Made by a program: the position numbers and the translations under genes. Positions 47,440 to 55,837 of a stretch of DNA of 64,000 nt are shown here, piece after piece. The stretch lies in assembly GCA_000092065.1 (NCBI GenBank), contig CP000584.1; one strand, written 5' to 3'. The notes below the pieces were generated by a model. The model made no database searches, was not told where the DNA came from, and worked only from the letters and a program-made list of their open reading frames with translations. How positions within the stretch are numbered: the first letter of the stretch is position 1; each line of letters starts with the position of its first letter. The DNA comes from Ostreococcus lucimarinus. Taxonomy: Eukaryota.

Positions 47440-48861
47440 CTACGCCTTGGTCTTCTCGCGAACCGACGACGAGGACAGCACTCGCACCTCGTCGCCGTCA
47501 ATTTCGAGAACCTGCGGTTCGGCACCCAGAACGCCGAAAGACATCCCGACATCGATTCTCCAGATTTGACCGTTGCACTCGCAGTTTGCGCCGCCGAGCT
47601 GCGGCGTGTGTCCGACGACGAGTCGCGAGACGCCGTCAATCATGCCCAAAGTCTTCCCCAGCAGTTCGCACGAGGTCGAACGATCTTCGTCCGTGGCAAA
47701 CTTTTCAGTGCCGTACGCGCGATGCCAGACGATTGAATCTCGCACGCCACCGATCGCCATGCCGAGCGCCTGGCGCGTCTCGTCGTCCTTGATCTCTTTC
47801 CCGCGCATCCAATCCGTCACCGCTCGGTTGAGCTTATCGAGGCCGAATTCGACGTGCCTAGGGACTAAGCCACCGTGCGCGAACACGGTATCGTTCACGA
47901 TCAACACCGTGTGATGCATAGAGAGCTGCTGGGCTAAAGGTCCGCCCGGGGAGAACAACCCGATGCGCGCCTTGCTTTGCCTCGCCCACGCGTCCTCCTC
48001 GTCCACGCCGAACGCGTCTCGGAACTTATCCCCGAACAACTTCACTAAATGCTCGCTGAATCGCGTCGATTCCCCGAACGCACCGCGCGACACGTATCTA
48101 AAGTCTCCCGAAACGTTCAAAACCTCGTGATTGCCGTTCATCACGTACACGCGTCCGCCTTGCTTCTGCGCCTCCTTATCCAACTTTTGAAGCAAGATCA
48201 AAATCCCTATCTCGTCGTCCCCGCGGTCGAGAATGTCCCCGAGCTGCACCAACGTCGTGTCGCCGCCCACCCATCGCGGGTTCCCCGCGTCGTCTTCGTC
48301 GTCCAGGACCCCCGCCATTCGCAGCGCTCGTCTCGCCTGTCCGATGTCCCCGTGCAGGTCCCCTATCGCCACCACGCGTCCCGGCGCCGTCACTCGCAGC
48401 TGCGGGTACGTCTCCTCGCCCTTCGCCTTCGCCCGCGTCGCGCATTCGCGCGTCGCGCCCCGCGTCGCGCGTCCCGGGACCGCCGTCGCTCGCGTCCCTC
48501 GCGCCCCCTCGCTCGTCCCTCGCGCTCCATCCCCTCGCGTTCGCGTCGCGCGCGCCATCGTCGTCGCCGCGCGCGCGTCCAGCGGTCCGCGCGTCATCGC
48601 CCGCGCCGCGCTCGCGCCTCGCGGCGCCGTCGCCGGTCGCGCCCGCGCGTCGCGCGCGTGTCTCGCGCCGCCGACCCGCGCGTGGCGCGCGACCGCGCGA
48701 CCGAGGCTCGACGCGGCGCGCATCGCGCGCGATGACGCGACGTCGAGCGCGATGTCGTGCGCGACGCTCGTCGCTCGCGTCGGAGGGCGTCGGTCGACGC
48801 GCGCGCCGGTGTGCGGCGCGGCGACGCGCGAGGGCGAACGCGCGGCGTGACGTCGATGCAA
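47440..48861 (-). CDS. Shewanella-like protein phosphatase (SLP; PPP-family metallophosphoesterase) with a transit-peptide-like N-terminus
   Basis: GDLHGD, GDILDRG, GNHE, HGG motifs in canonical PPP order. The long A/R/T-rich N-terminal region has several candidate Mets (for example MARATRTRGDG). Confidence 0.8.
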   Translation of the reverse strand: MHRRHAARSPSRVAAPHTGARVDRRPPTRATSVAHDIALDVASSRAMRAASSLGRAVARHARVGGARHARDARARPATAPRGASAARAMTRGPLDARAATTMARATRTRGDGARGTSEGARGTRATAVPGRATRGATRECATRAKAKGEETYPQLRVTAPGRVVAIGDLHGDIGQARRALRMAGVLDDEDDAGNPRWVGGDTTLVQLGDILDRGDDEIGILILLQKLDKEAQKQGGRVYVMNGNHEVLNVSGDFRYVSRGAFGESTRFSEHLVKLFGDKFRDAFGVDEEDAWARQSKARIGLFSPGGPLAQQLSMHHTVLIVNDTVFAHGGLVPRHVEFGLDKLNRAVTDWMRGKEIKDDETRQALGMAIGGVRDSIVWHRAYGTEKFATDEDRSTSCELLGKTLGMIDGVSRLVVGHTPQLGGANCECNGQIWRIDVGMSFGVLGAEPQVLEIDGDEVRVLSSSSVREKTKA

Positions 48862-48937
48862 ATAAATGTGGGGTTTGGATGGGAAAGTCGCAAGGCGAGC
48901 CGCGAGGCGCGTCTCGAGGGCGCGAAGAGACGGAAAA

Positions 48938-49743
48938 TCAGCGCGCGGCGACCTCGAGGAAACCGTCGAGCGCGCGAAAGATGACGTCGGTGGCGACGAT
49001 GAGCTCGCGGCGACACGCCTCGCTGGCGCGCAACTCGGAGTCGGGATCGCAGAGCTCGGCGACGAGCGTCTCGTCGGCTTCTAGAAATTCGAGGGCGTAT
49101 GATTTCCCCGAACGCGAGTCGCGCTCGAGCTTGACGCGATATTCGCGCAGGGCGATGATGTAATCGCGCTGTTTTAACCCCTCGATCGCGAACGCGCGCT
49201 CGAGGATGTCTCGAATGCGCGCTCGCGCCTCGGCTTCGTCGACGTCGCCCGCCGCGCACCGTCGCCCGGCGTCCAGCGTCTCGTCCAGGACTCTCGTCTC
49301 CAGCGGCATCGCGCGCATTTTATACTGCGTCGTGAATATTTTTGCCAACTCCAGCAGCGTCGTCAGCTCGTCCTCGGGCGCGCGTCTCGCGTACGCCGCG
49401 TACACGGCGTCGAAGGCGTCCTCGCAGAAAGCCGCCGTCAACCGCTCGCTCGCGCAGAACGCGTCCACGAACGTCGCCGCGTCGCGCTCGCTCAGCGTGA
49501 ACGCGTGATTCACGAGCGCGATGAACGACGCGTCGATCGGCAGCGCGTCGAGCGTCGCGCCGCGACGGGCGTCGTCGTGGTCGTCCCCGGAGGCGGCGCG
49601 CAGCGGCGGCGACGACGTCCGAAAGCGACGCCGCGCGCGCGTTTCGCGCGACGCCGGCGCGACGCGCGCGCGCGACGGCGCGCGACGCGACGACGTCGAC
49701 GGCTCGCCCGCGGCGCGCGCGCTCGAGCGCGCGAGCGACGACA
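48938..49743 (-). CDS. Hypothetical alpha-helical protein (about 268 aa from Met 49743)
   Basis: Track ORF runs to 50335 but is antisense to the P4H gene above about 49800. The protein-like part: MSSLARSS...LVNHAFTLSERDAATFVDAFCASERLTAAFCEDAFDAVYAAY...LELAKIFTTQYKMRAM...YIIALREYRVKLERDSRSGKSYALEFLEA... Confidence 0.45.
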
Positions 49744-49810
49744 TCGCGCGCGACGCGGCGGGCAGTGGCGACCGCGACGCCACATCGAGGCGGTGCGCCG
49801 CGCGCGCGCG

Positions 49811-50836
49811 ATGCGACGCGCGATGCGACTCGCGCTGGCGTGGTGCGCGATGACGCTCGGCGCGTCGGCGCTCGCGCGCGGCGCCAGGATCGGGCCCGAA
49901 CGCGCGGCGCGCGGCGGCGATCGCGGAGAAGAAGGCGGAGGCGAACGCCCATCGACGCGCGTCGACGGCGCGGACGCGCGCGCGCCGCGCGATCGCGCGA
50001 TCGAGTTCGATCGCATCGAACGCGTGTCTTGGCGCCCGCACGCGGAGGTGTATCGAGGATTCTTGACGCGCGAGGAATGCGACCACTTGAAGGCGCTCGC
50101 GACGCCGAGCCTCGGTCGCTCGACCGTGGTGGACGCGAGCAACGGCGGGAGCGTGCCGAGCGATATACGCACGTCGAGCGGGATGTTCCTGCTCAGGGGG
50201 GAAGACGACGTCGTCGCGTCGATCGAGAGGCGCATCGCGTCGTGGACGCACGTGCCGGAGTCGCACGGGGAAGGTTTCCAGGTGCTGCGGTACGAATTCG
50301 GTCAAGAGTATCGGCCGCACTTTGATTATTTTCAAGACGAATTCAATCAGAAGCGCGAAAAGGGCGGGCAGCGCGTGGCGACGGTGCTGATGTATCTCAC
50401 CGACGTCGAAGAGGGGGGAGAGACGATATTTCCGGACGCCGAGGCGGGCGCGAACCCGGGCGGCGGCGACGACGCGTCTTCGTGCGCGGCGGGGAAGTTG
50501 GCGGTGAAACCGCGCAAAGGTGACGCGTTATTCTTCAGAAGTCTGCATCACAACGGGACGTCGGATGCCATGAGCTCACACGCGGGGTGTCCGGTGGTAA
50601 AGGGGGTCAAGTTTAGCGCCACGAAATGGATGCACGTCGCTCCGATTGAAGACTCGGCGACCGCCTCGGTGCGATTTGAGCCCGGCGTTTGTAAAGACGT
50701 CAACGCGGCGTGCGAGGGCTGGGCGTCGTCGGGTGAGTGCACGAAAAATCCATCGTTCATGGTTGGGCGAGGTCGTGCGAACGGCAACTGCATGCGCTCG
50801 TGCGGCGCCTGCCCGCCCGGCACTCGCGACGAGTAG
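49811..50836 (+). CDS. Prolyl 4-hydroxylase alpha-like 2OG-Fe(II) oxygenase with a signal peptide and a C-terminal ShK-toxin-like (ShKT) domain
   Basis: MRRAMRLALAWCAMTLGASALA (signal peptide). P4Hc blocks: FLTREECDHLKALA, RTSSGMFL, HFDYF, GGQRVATVLMYLTDVEEGGETIFP, GDALFF. ShKT domain: CKDVNAACEGWASSGECTKNPSFMVGRGRANGNCMRSCGAC. Confidence 0.8.
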   Translation: MRRAMRLALAWCAMTLGASALARGARIGPERAARGGDRGEEGGGERPSTRVDGADARAPRDRAIEFDRIERVSWRPHAEVYRGFLTREECDHLKALATPSLGRSTVVDASNGGSVPSDIRTSSGMFLLRGEDDVVASIERRIASWTHVPESHGEGFQVLRYEFGQEYRPHFDYFQDEFNQKREKGGQRVATVLMYLTDVEEGGETIFPDAEAGANPGGGDDASSCAAGKLAVKPRKGDALFFRSLHHNGTSDAMSSHAGCPVVKGVKFSATKWMHVAPIEDSATASVRFEPGVCKDVNAACEGWASSGECTKNPSFMVGRGRANGNCMRSCGACPPGTRDE

Positions 50837-50908
50837 AATAGAAGACGCGTAGTCGATTGATTCGCTAGCACTAGATTCGCGTGTGATTAAAACGCATCGT
50901 AGGAAATA

Positions 50909-51559
50909 CTATGTCCTATTTTGGCGCTGCCCAGTGACTTCCGCGGGCAAAGGTCTATTGAAGCCGCCGACGCGATTCATGTATTGCCTGGCTTGCCGCT
51001 TCGTCTTCTTTTGCACCGCCGACGCGTTGGCGAACTCATCCTCCACGTGCTTGCCTTGCGTCGTGCCGAATCCTCCGAATCCCATCATGCGCATCATCGC
51101 GGACTCATCGTCTTCGTCCTCACCCGCCGGCGGCGGCGGCGGCGGCGGCACGTCGACCGCTTTCCCGCCGCCCGCCGCGGGCGGCGGCGGCGGCACGTCT
51201 CTCCGTCGCTTACGGTCGTCGCGCGCCGGCGATCGCGATCGCGACCGCGACCTCGACCTCGACCGCGAATCACGTCGTCGCTTCCTTCGATCGTCATCGC
51301 GCGAATCCTCGCGCGCGCCGCGTCCGCGACCGTACCCCCCGTACCGCCGCGGCGGCGACCTCGACCTCGACCTCGACCTCGACCTCGACCTCGACCTCGA
51401 CCTCGACCTCGCTCGCCGCGCGCCGTACCCTCCGTACCGCCGTCCCGGCGACCTCGACCTTGACCTCGCCCGCGCGCCCCCCCTCCATCGCCCGTCGCGT
51501 CCATCGTCGCGTCCGTACCCTCGCCCGTCTCGTCCGTCGTCTCGTCCGAACCGCCCCAT
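50909..51559 (-). CDS. SNRNP27: U4/U6.U5 tri-snRNP-associated 27 kDa protein (SNRNP27): RS-repeat N-terminus plus conserved C-terminal DUF1777-like domain
   Basis: RSRSRSPGRR...(RS)8..., then C-terminal SAMMRMMGFGGFGTTQGKHVEDEFANASAVQKKTKRQARQYMNRVGGFNRPL. This matches the SNRNP27 end (..MMGFSGFDTTKGK..V.G....YRQYMNRKGGFNRPL). Confidence 0.7.
   Translation of the reverse strand: MGRFGRDDGRDGRGYGRDDGRDGRWRGGARARSRSRSPGRRYGGYGARRARSRSRSRSRSRSRSRSRSPPRRYGGYGRGRGAREDSRDDDRRKRRRDSRSRSRSRSRSRSPARDDRKRRRDVPPPPPAAGGGKAVDVPPPPPPPAGEDEDDESAMMRMMGFGGFGTTQGKHVEDEFANASAVQKKTKRQARQYMNRVGGFNRPLPAEVTGQRQNRT
51357..51410. repeat. (GACCTC)9 microsatellite, coding for the (RS)n dipeptide repeat of SNRNP27 on the minus strand
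   Basis: gacctcgacctcgacctc... with degenerate copies at about 51245-51265 and 51451-51470. Confidence 0.9.
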
Positions 51560-51819
51560 CGTCTACGCGTCCCGCGTCCCCGCCCCCTTATCCAGCACCG
51601 CGCGCAGTTTCGCCTCCTCCGCGCGCGCGCTCTCGAAGTGCGTCACCCACGACCTCGGACACGCCCGCTCGTACGCCTCGCGCGCGCGTCGACACGTCGC
51701 CGTCGCCGTCGCCGTCGCCGCCGAATCCGAATCCGAATCCGTCGTCGCCGCGGCGTCCGCGCACCGGTGATACGCGTCGCGCGCGTCGCGGCACGCGACC
51801 CGCGCCGCGCGTATGGATC

Positions 51820-51859
<40 letters not shown>

Positions 51860-51958
51860 GCGCCGCGCCGCGCCGTCGTCTGTCGAATCGTCGAAAATCG
51901 CGTCGAATCGCGTCGACGCGCGCGTCGACGCCCGACTGTTTGCGCATACGGCGAGGAT

Positions 51959-52083
51959 CGAGAGGGACACATTCCCGAGTCGCCATCGGTCGATGGCGCC
52001 GAGAGGGACACATTCGTGAGTCGCCATCGGTCGATGGCGCCGAGAGGGACGCATTCCCGAGTCGCCATCGGTCGATCGGTCGA
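51959..52083. repeat. Tandem repeat, 41-bp unit x3 (cgagagggacacattcccgagtcgccatcggtcgatggcgc), in the roughly 850-bp divergent SNRNP27/AP2 intergenic region
   Basis: Copies at 51959-51999, 52000-52040 and 52041 to about 52083. They differ by 1-3 substitutions. Each carries the near-palindrome ccatcggtcgatgg. Confidence 0.85.
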
Positions 52084-52402
52084 TCGGCGTCCCAGATTCT
52101 CGGGACGCTTTTTCGTCGGCACGTTTCGCTCCGACGCCGCGCGTCGACGGCGCGACTCCGCCGCGTGCGCGAGCGACGCGGCGCGACGCGACGCGAGCGC
52201 ATCGGGACGACCGCGAGGGACGACCGCGCGGCGCGCGCGACGCTCTCGGACGCGACGGCGAGCGCGCGCGCGTCGACGCGAACGCGCGAAAAAGCGCAAA
52301 AGTCCGAAGCGATAGGCGACGCGACGCGCGCGATGGCGACGCATCACGGCGCGCACTCGCGGAAATCGACGCCGGATCCCGACGAGGACGACGCGCTGGA
52401 CG

Positions 52403-53857
52403 ATGATCTCGATGATCTCGAGGTGCGAGCGCGAACGCGGGAGAGACGAGGACGAGAGGGAGGAGACGGGGGGGAATTGTGGGAACGCGGGACGACGCGG
52501 GACGACGCGCGGGACGAGGACGCGAGGCGAACGAGACGCGAGCGAACGGCAGAGGACGACGAGGCGAGGACGCGCGATCGGGACGGTAGTGATCGCGAGG
52601 TCGAGCGCGCGAGAGAGAGAGAGGGCGTCGAACGCGGGCGTGGAGGTGACTGACGAGGCGCGACGACGCACGCAGGGCGGCAAGGGCGACAAGCAGTCGA
52701 AAAAGGCGACGACGTCGCAGTATCGCGGGGTGAGACAGCGCCCGTGGGGGAGCTGGGCGGCGGAGATACGCGATCCAAATCGAGGCGCGAGATTGTGGCT
52801 CGGCACGTTCGATACCGCCGAAGAGGCGGCGAGAGCGTACGACGCGGCGGCGAGACACATTCGCGGGCCAAACGCGAAGACGAATTTTCAGCTCGCGCCG
52901 GGGGAGGAACCGCCGCCGTTCGTTTTGCCCGAGCCCCCGTCGGGGGGGCGCGGTGGTGGCGGTGGCGGTGGTGGACGCGGCCGGGGCGGACACGACGCGG
53001 GTTTGCCGTCAATCGGAGGTTTCGGCGCCGGAGCGTCGCGCCAGCCCAACGCGCTCAAGAAGCAAAAACCCGTGGGGAAGGACGCGAAGGGGGGTCCGAG
53101 CACTATTTACGGCTTCGGTCCGAGTTCGAGCGACAAGAACTCCACTCCTAAGCGTGGTTCGATAGGTTTCGGCAGTGGCACCGACTTATCCGCCCTCGTC
53201 AACGCCAATCTCGCCTTGGCCAACCAAAACCTCGCCTCGGCCGGGTCGGCGAGAAAGGATCACGAAAACAGTTTCATGAAACTCTTCGCCAACGGTAGCG
53301 TGGGTGGGACGCCGTCGAGCACGGGTGGATCGCCGCTCATTATGCCCGAGTCAGTGGAACTGCGCGACGGCATGAGCGGCATGAGCGGTGAGATTCCGGT
53401 GATTCACGGCAAACGCGACCGCGGTCCGAGCAGCGCGTTTTTTGGCACGTCGTTCGGCGTCGCGGGTTCGTTCGGTTCGATGTTTCCCCCGGACATGGGG
53501 CTGTCCTCAACCCCGGACGGTGTCGACAATTTCTACGGCGAGTTCTCCATGTCCCCCAACGATCGGTCGGCGCACGGTGCAGATCATTTCCCCGTCGGAA
53601 GCTTGGGGACGATGGTCGACTTGAACGACGCGCTGCCGGCGGTGGGATCGCTCGATCTCGGAAGTCCGGTAGACTTAGACTCGATGATGAATTCGTTGCC
53701 GAGAAATAGTGGCGGGAAGGTTCAAACCGTCGCATCTATTCTCGGCAAACCCAAGAAAAAAGAGCACGATTCACCGCTTGGAAGAGCGTCGACGCGCAAC
53801 ACGCGCGAATCCTCGCGCTCGAAGAGCGCGTTGGACGCCATGTCAGCGCTCAAATGA
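52403..53857 (+). CDS. AP2/ERF-domain transcription factor (single AP2 domain, ERF-like)
   Basis: [56 protein letters not shown]. The start was taken from the ORF (ATG 52403); 5' structure not checked further. Gly-rich and Ser-rich low-complexity C-terminal half. Confidence 0.8.
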   Translation: MISMISRCERERGRDEDEREETGGNCGNAGRRGTTRGTRTRGERDASERQRTTRRGRAIGTVVIARSSARERERASNAGVEVTDEARRRTQGGKGDKQSKKATTSQYRGVRQRPWGSWAAEIRDPNRGARLWLGTFDTAEEAARAYDAAARHIRGPNAKTNFQLAPGEEPPPFVLPEPPSGGRGGGGGGGGRGRGGHDAGLPSIGGFGAGASRQPNALKKQKPVGKDAKGGPSTIYGFGPSSSDKNSTPKRGSIGFGSGTDLSALVNANLALANQNLASAGSARKDHENSFMKLFANGSVGGTPSSTGGSPLIMPESVELRDGMSGMSGEIPVIHGKRDRGPSSAFFGTSFGVAGSFGSMFPPDMGLSSTPDGVDNFYGEFSMSPNDRSAHGADHFPVGSLGTMVDLNDALPAVGSLDLGSPVDLDSMMNSLPRNSGGKVQTVASILGKPKKKEHDSPLGRASTRNTRESSRSKSALDAMSALK

Positions 53858-54145
53858 AGTTTTCTTCTTGTATACGGTAGAACAGTAGAAGAAAGAGCGC
53901 AAGCTCACTCGCGAAGCATTTCCGCACATTTACCCTCTTTCATCTGTAATTTTCAAGTCAATTTTGTTCCCTCGGGCTTGCCGCGCGTCGAGTCGAAATC
54001 GCGCGCGTCGCGCGTCGCGCGTCGTATACTTTGTTCGTTCGTGTTCGCATTGACAACAAAATTGATAATAGAGTCCCGGGGTCCCCCGGTGTCATCGCCA
54101 CATCGTGCACACGCGTTCAAAGGCTAAGGCAAAGCTGGCGCGCGT

Positions 54146-54748
54146 TTAAATCTTAAACGAGCCGCCCTCCGAGATGTTCAAGCCGCCCTTCGGCTTGTAC
54201 TGCCCGCTCTTCAGGTCGTCTTCGTACCCGGCGCCGATGACGCCGGAATCGCGCACGGACTTTTCGAGCAACCAATCGAAGAATCCCTTCTTTTGGCCCG
54301 GCTGTGTCGCGTGCGTCGCGCGGTCGCGTCATCCGTCAGTCGCGCGTTCGCGTTCGCCTTCGTCTCCCCCTCGGTCTCTTCCCTCGCCCCAATCTCGCGA
54401 TCGACCGTTCGCGACCCAGCATCGACCCCCCCCCGAGGTCGCGCGATCGATCGATCGCCGCGTCGCCGTCCTTTCACCGATCGCCGCGTCGCGCGCGCGT
54501 CCTCGCGGCCGATCGATCGCGCGCGCGCGCCGATCGCGCGCGTCGCGCGCGCGCGTCGATCGCGCGTCGCGCGCGCCGCCCCGCGCCCCTCGCGGCCTCG
54601 ATCGCGGTCGCGGTCGCGACGGCTTCAGGATAAAACCAAGCGGCGCCCTGCGCACCTTGCCCGCGGCGGCCTTCTTCCCCGCGACGCGCTTCGTCCCGGA
54701 CGTGTTCGCGGCGTTCACGACGACGCGCGTGGAGCTAACGGCAAACAT
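54146..54748 (-). CDS. Small hypothetical protein, about 82 aa. Two exons: 54748..54656 and 54301..54146.
   Basis: Exon 1 is MFAVSSTRVVVNAANTSGTKRVAGKKAAAGK, followed by a GTGCGCAG donor. Exon 2 (acceptor ACACAG|) encodes PGQKKGFFDWLLEKSVRDSGVIGAGYEDDLKSGQYKPKGGLNISEGGSFKI, then stop. The presequence-like N-terminus suggests organellar targeting. I recognise no family. Confidence 0.35.
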
Positions 54749-54820
54749 GTGTCTCGGTGGCGGCGGCGCGCGTGTCTGACGCCGCGCGGCGCGCGCGCGA
54801 TCGCGGCGCGCGCGGTCGGT

Positions 54821-54859
54821 CGTAAAGGTCCGTAAAGGTCGTAAAGGTCGTAAAGGTCC
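54821..54859. repeat. Tandem (C)GTAAAGGTC x4 in the roughly 200-bp bidirectional promoter between the small minus-strand gene and eS17
   Basis: cgtaaaggtc cgtaaaggtc gtaaaggtc gtaaaggtc; about 90 bp upstream of the eS17 ATG. Confidence 0.85.
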
Positions 54860-54950
54860 GTGTGTGTACGATCGACGGACGCGAGACCGAGCCCCCGCGC
54901 GCGACGCGCGGCGCGATCCGTCTCTGCACGACGCGCGCGAACACGCCGAC

Positions 54951-55748
54951 ATGGGTCGCGTTCGCACGAAGACGGTGAAAAAGGTGCGCGTCGAATCGAA
55001 CGCGTCGCGAGCGGCACCGGCGACGGCGCGCGCGGCGACGGCGACGGCGCGAACGCGCGACGCGATGGACGGGGCGACGATGGAAACCCTAAGGACGATC
55101 GCAGAGAGAACGAACGCGCGCGGGAGGGCGGCGTCGAGCGCGCGATCGGACGCGCGAACGGACGGGGAGGCGCGGGTGATTTTGAACGCGCGCGATGACT
55201 GACGACGACGACGATGCGGTGTTCGCGCGTGCGGTAGGCGTCTCGCCAAATCATCGAAAAGTATTACTCGAGGCTCACGCTCGACTTTGCGACGAACAAG
55301 CGCATCGCGGATGATATCGCGATCATTCCGTCCAAGCGTTTGCGTAACAAGATTGCGGGTTTCACGACGGTACGTTTTAAGGCGAGCGAAGCGCGGGAAC
55401 GCGGTCGGTGCGCGAGAGGGCGCGACGGTGCGACCGAGGCTCGATCGGTGGGGTTTGAGACGCGCGAACGCGCGACTGACGTCGGGTTGATGAATCGTTC
55501 GGAAACAGCACTTGATGAAGCGTATCCAACGCGGACCGGTGCGCGGTATCTCGCTCAAGCTTCAAGAGGAGGAGCGTGAGCGCCGCATGGATTTCGTGCC
55601 GGAGAAGTCCGCGCTCGAGACGGACTCCATCGAAGTCGACCGGGACACGATGGATATGTTGAAGTCGATGAACATGGGTAACTTGCAAGGCGTTTCTGTG
55701 TCTAGCCGTGCGCACTACAACAAGGGTCCGCGACGTGATCGCGCGTAA
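54951..55748 (+). CDS. RPS17: Cytosolic ribosomal protein eS17. Three exons: 54951..54983, 55238..55369, 55509..55748.
   Basis: Exon 1 [11 protein letters not shown], followed by a GTGCGC donor. Exon 2 (acceptor GGTAG|) encodes [44 protein letters not shown], followed by a GTACGT donor. Exon 3 (acceptor AAACAG|) encodes [37 protein letters not shown]... This aligns along its full length to eS17 ([24 protein letters not shown]...[42 protein letters not shown]). The product is 134 aa. Confidence 0.85.
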
Positions 55749-55837
55749 TTTCGCACACGTATGCCCGCGAGAACATTAGGTCATCGCGAGTAGAAATGTG
55801 AGACTAATAGACTTGGTTTAAATTGTCGCGCGTCGCC

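Noticed and set aside
51357-51410. Regularly spaced direct repeats that might be taken for a CRISPR array
   Set aside because: It is a perfect hexanucleotide microsatellite with no spacers, inside a eukaryotic coding region (RS domain). No cas genes, leader, or repeat-spacer periodicity is present anywhere in the window.
50883-52653. Plus-strand ORFs 50883..51770 and 51460..52653 (poly-DLDLDL, poly-R/S/P proteins)
   Set aside because: They are alternative-frame readings of the (GACCTC)n microsatellite and the GC-rich promoter. The biologically sensible reading is the minus-strand RS-domain protein SNRNP27. The 51460 frame stops before the AP2 domain frame begins.
53858-54145. AT-richer non-coding stretch scanned for tRNA or small RNA genes
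   Set aside because: No T-loop (GGTTCGAATCC-like) or D-loop signatures and no cloverleaf-compatible inverted repeats were found. It is better explained as the convergent 3' UTRs of the AP2 gene and the small minus-strand gene.
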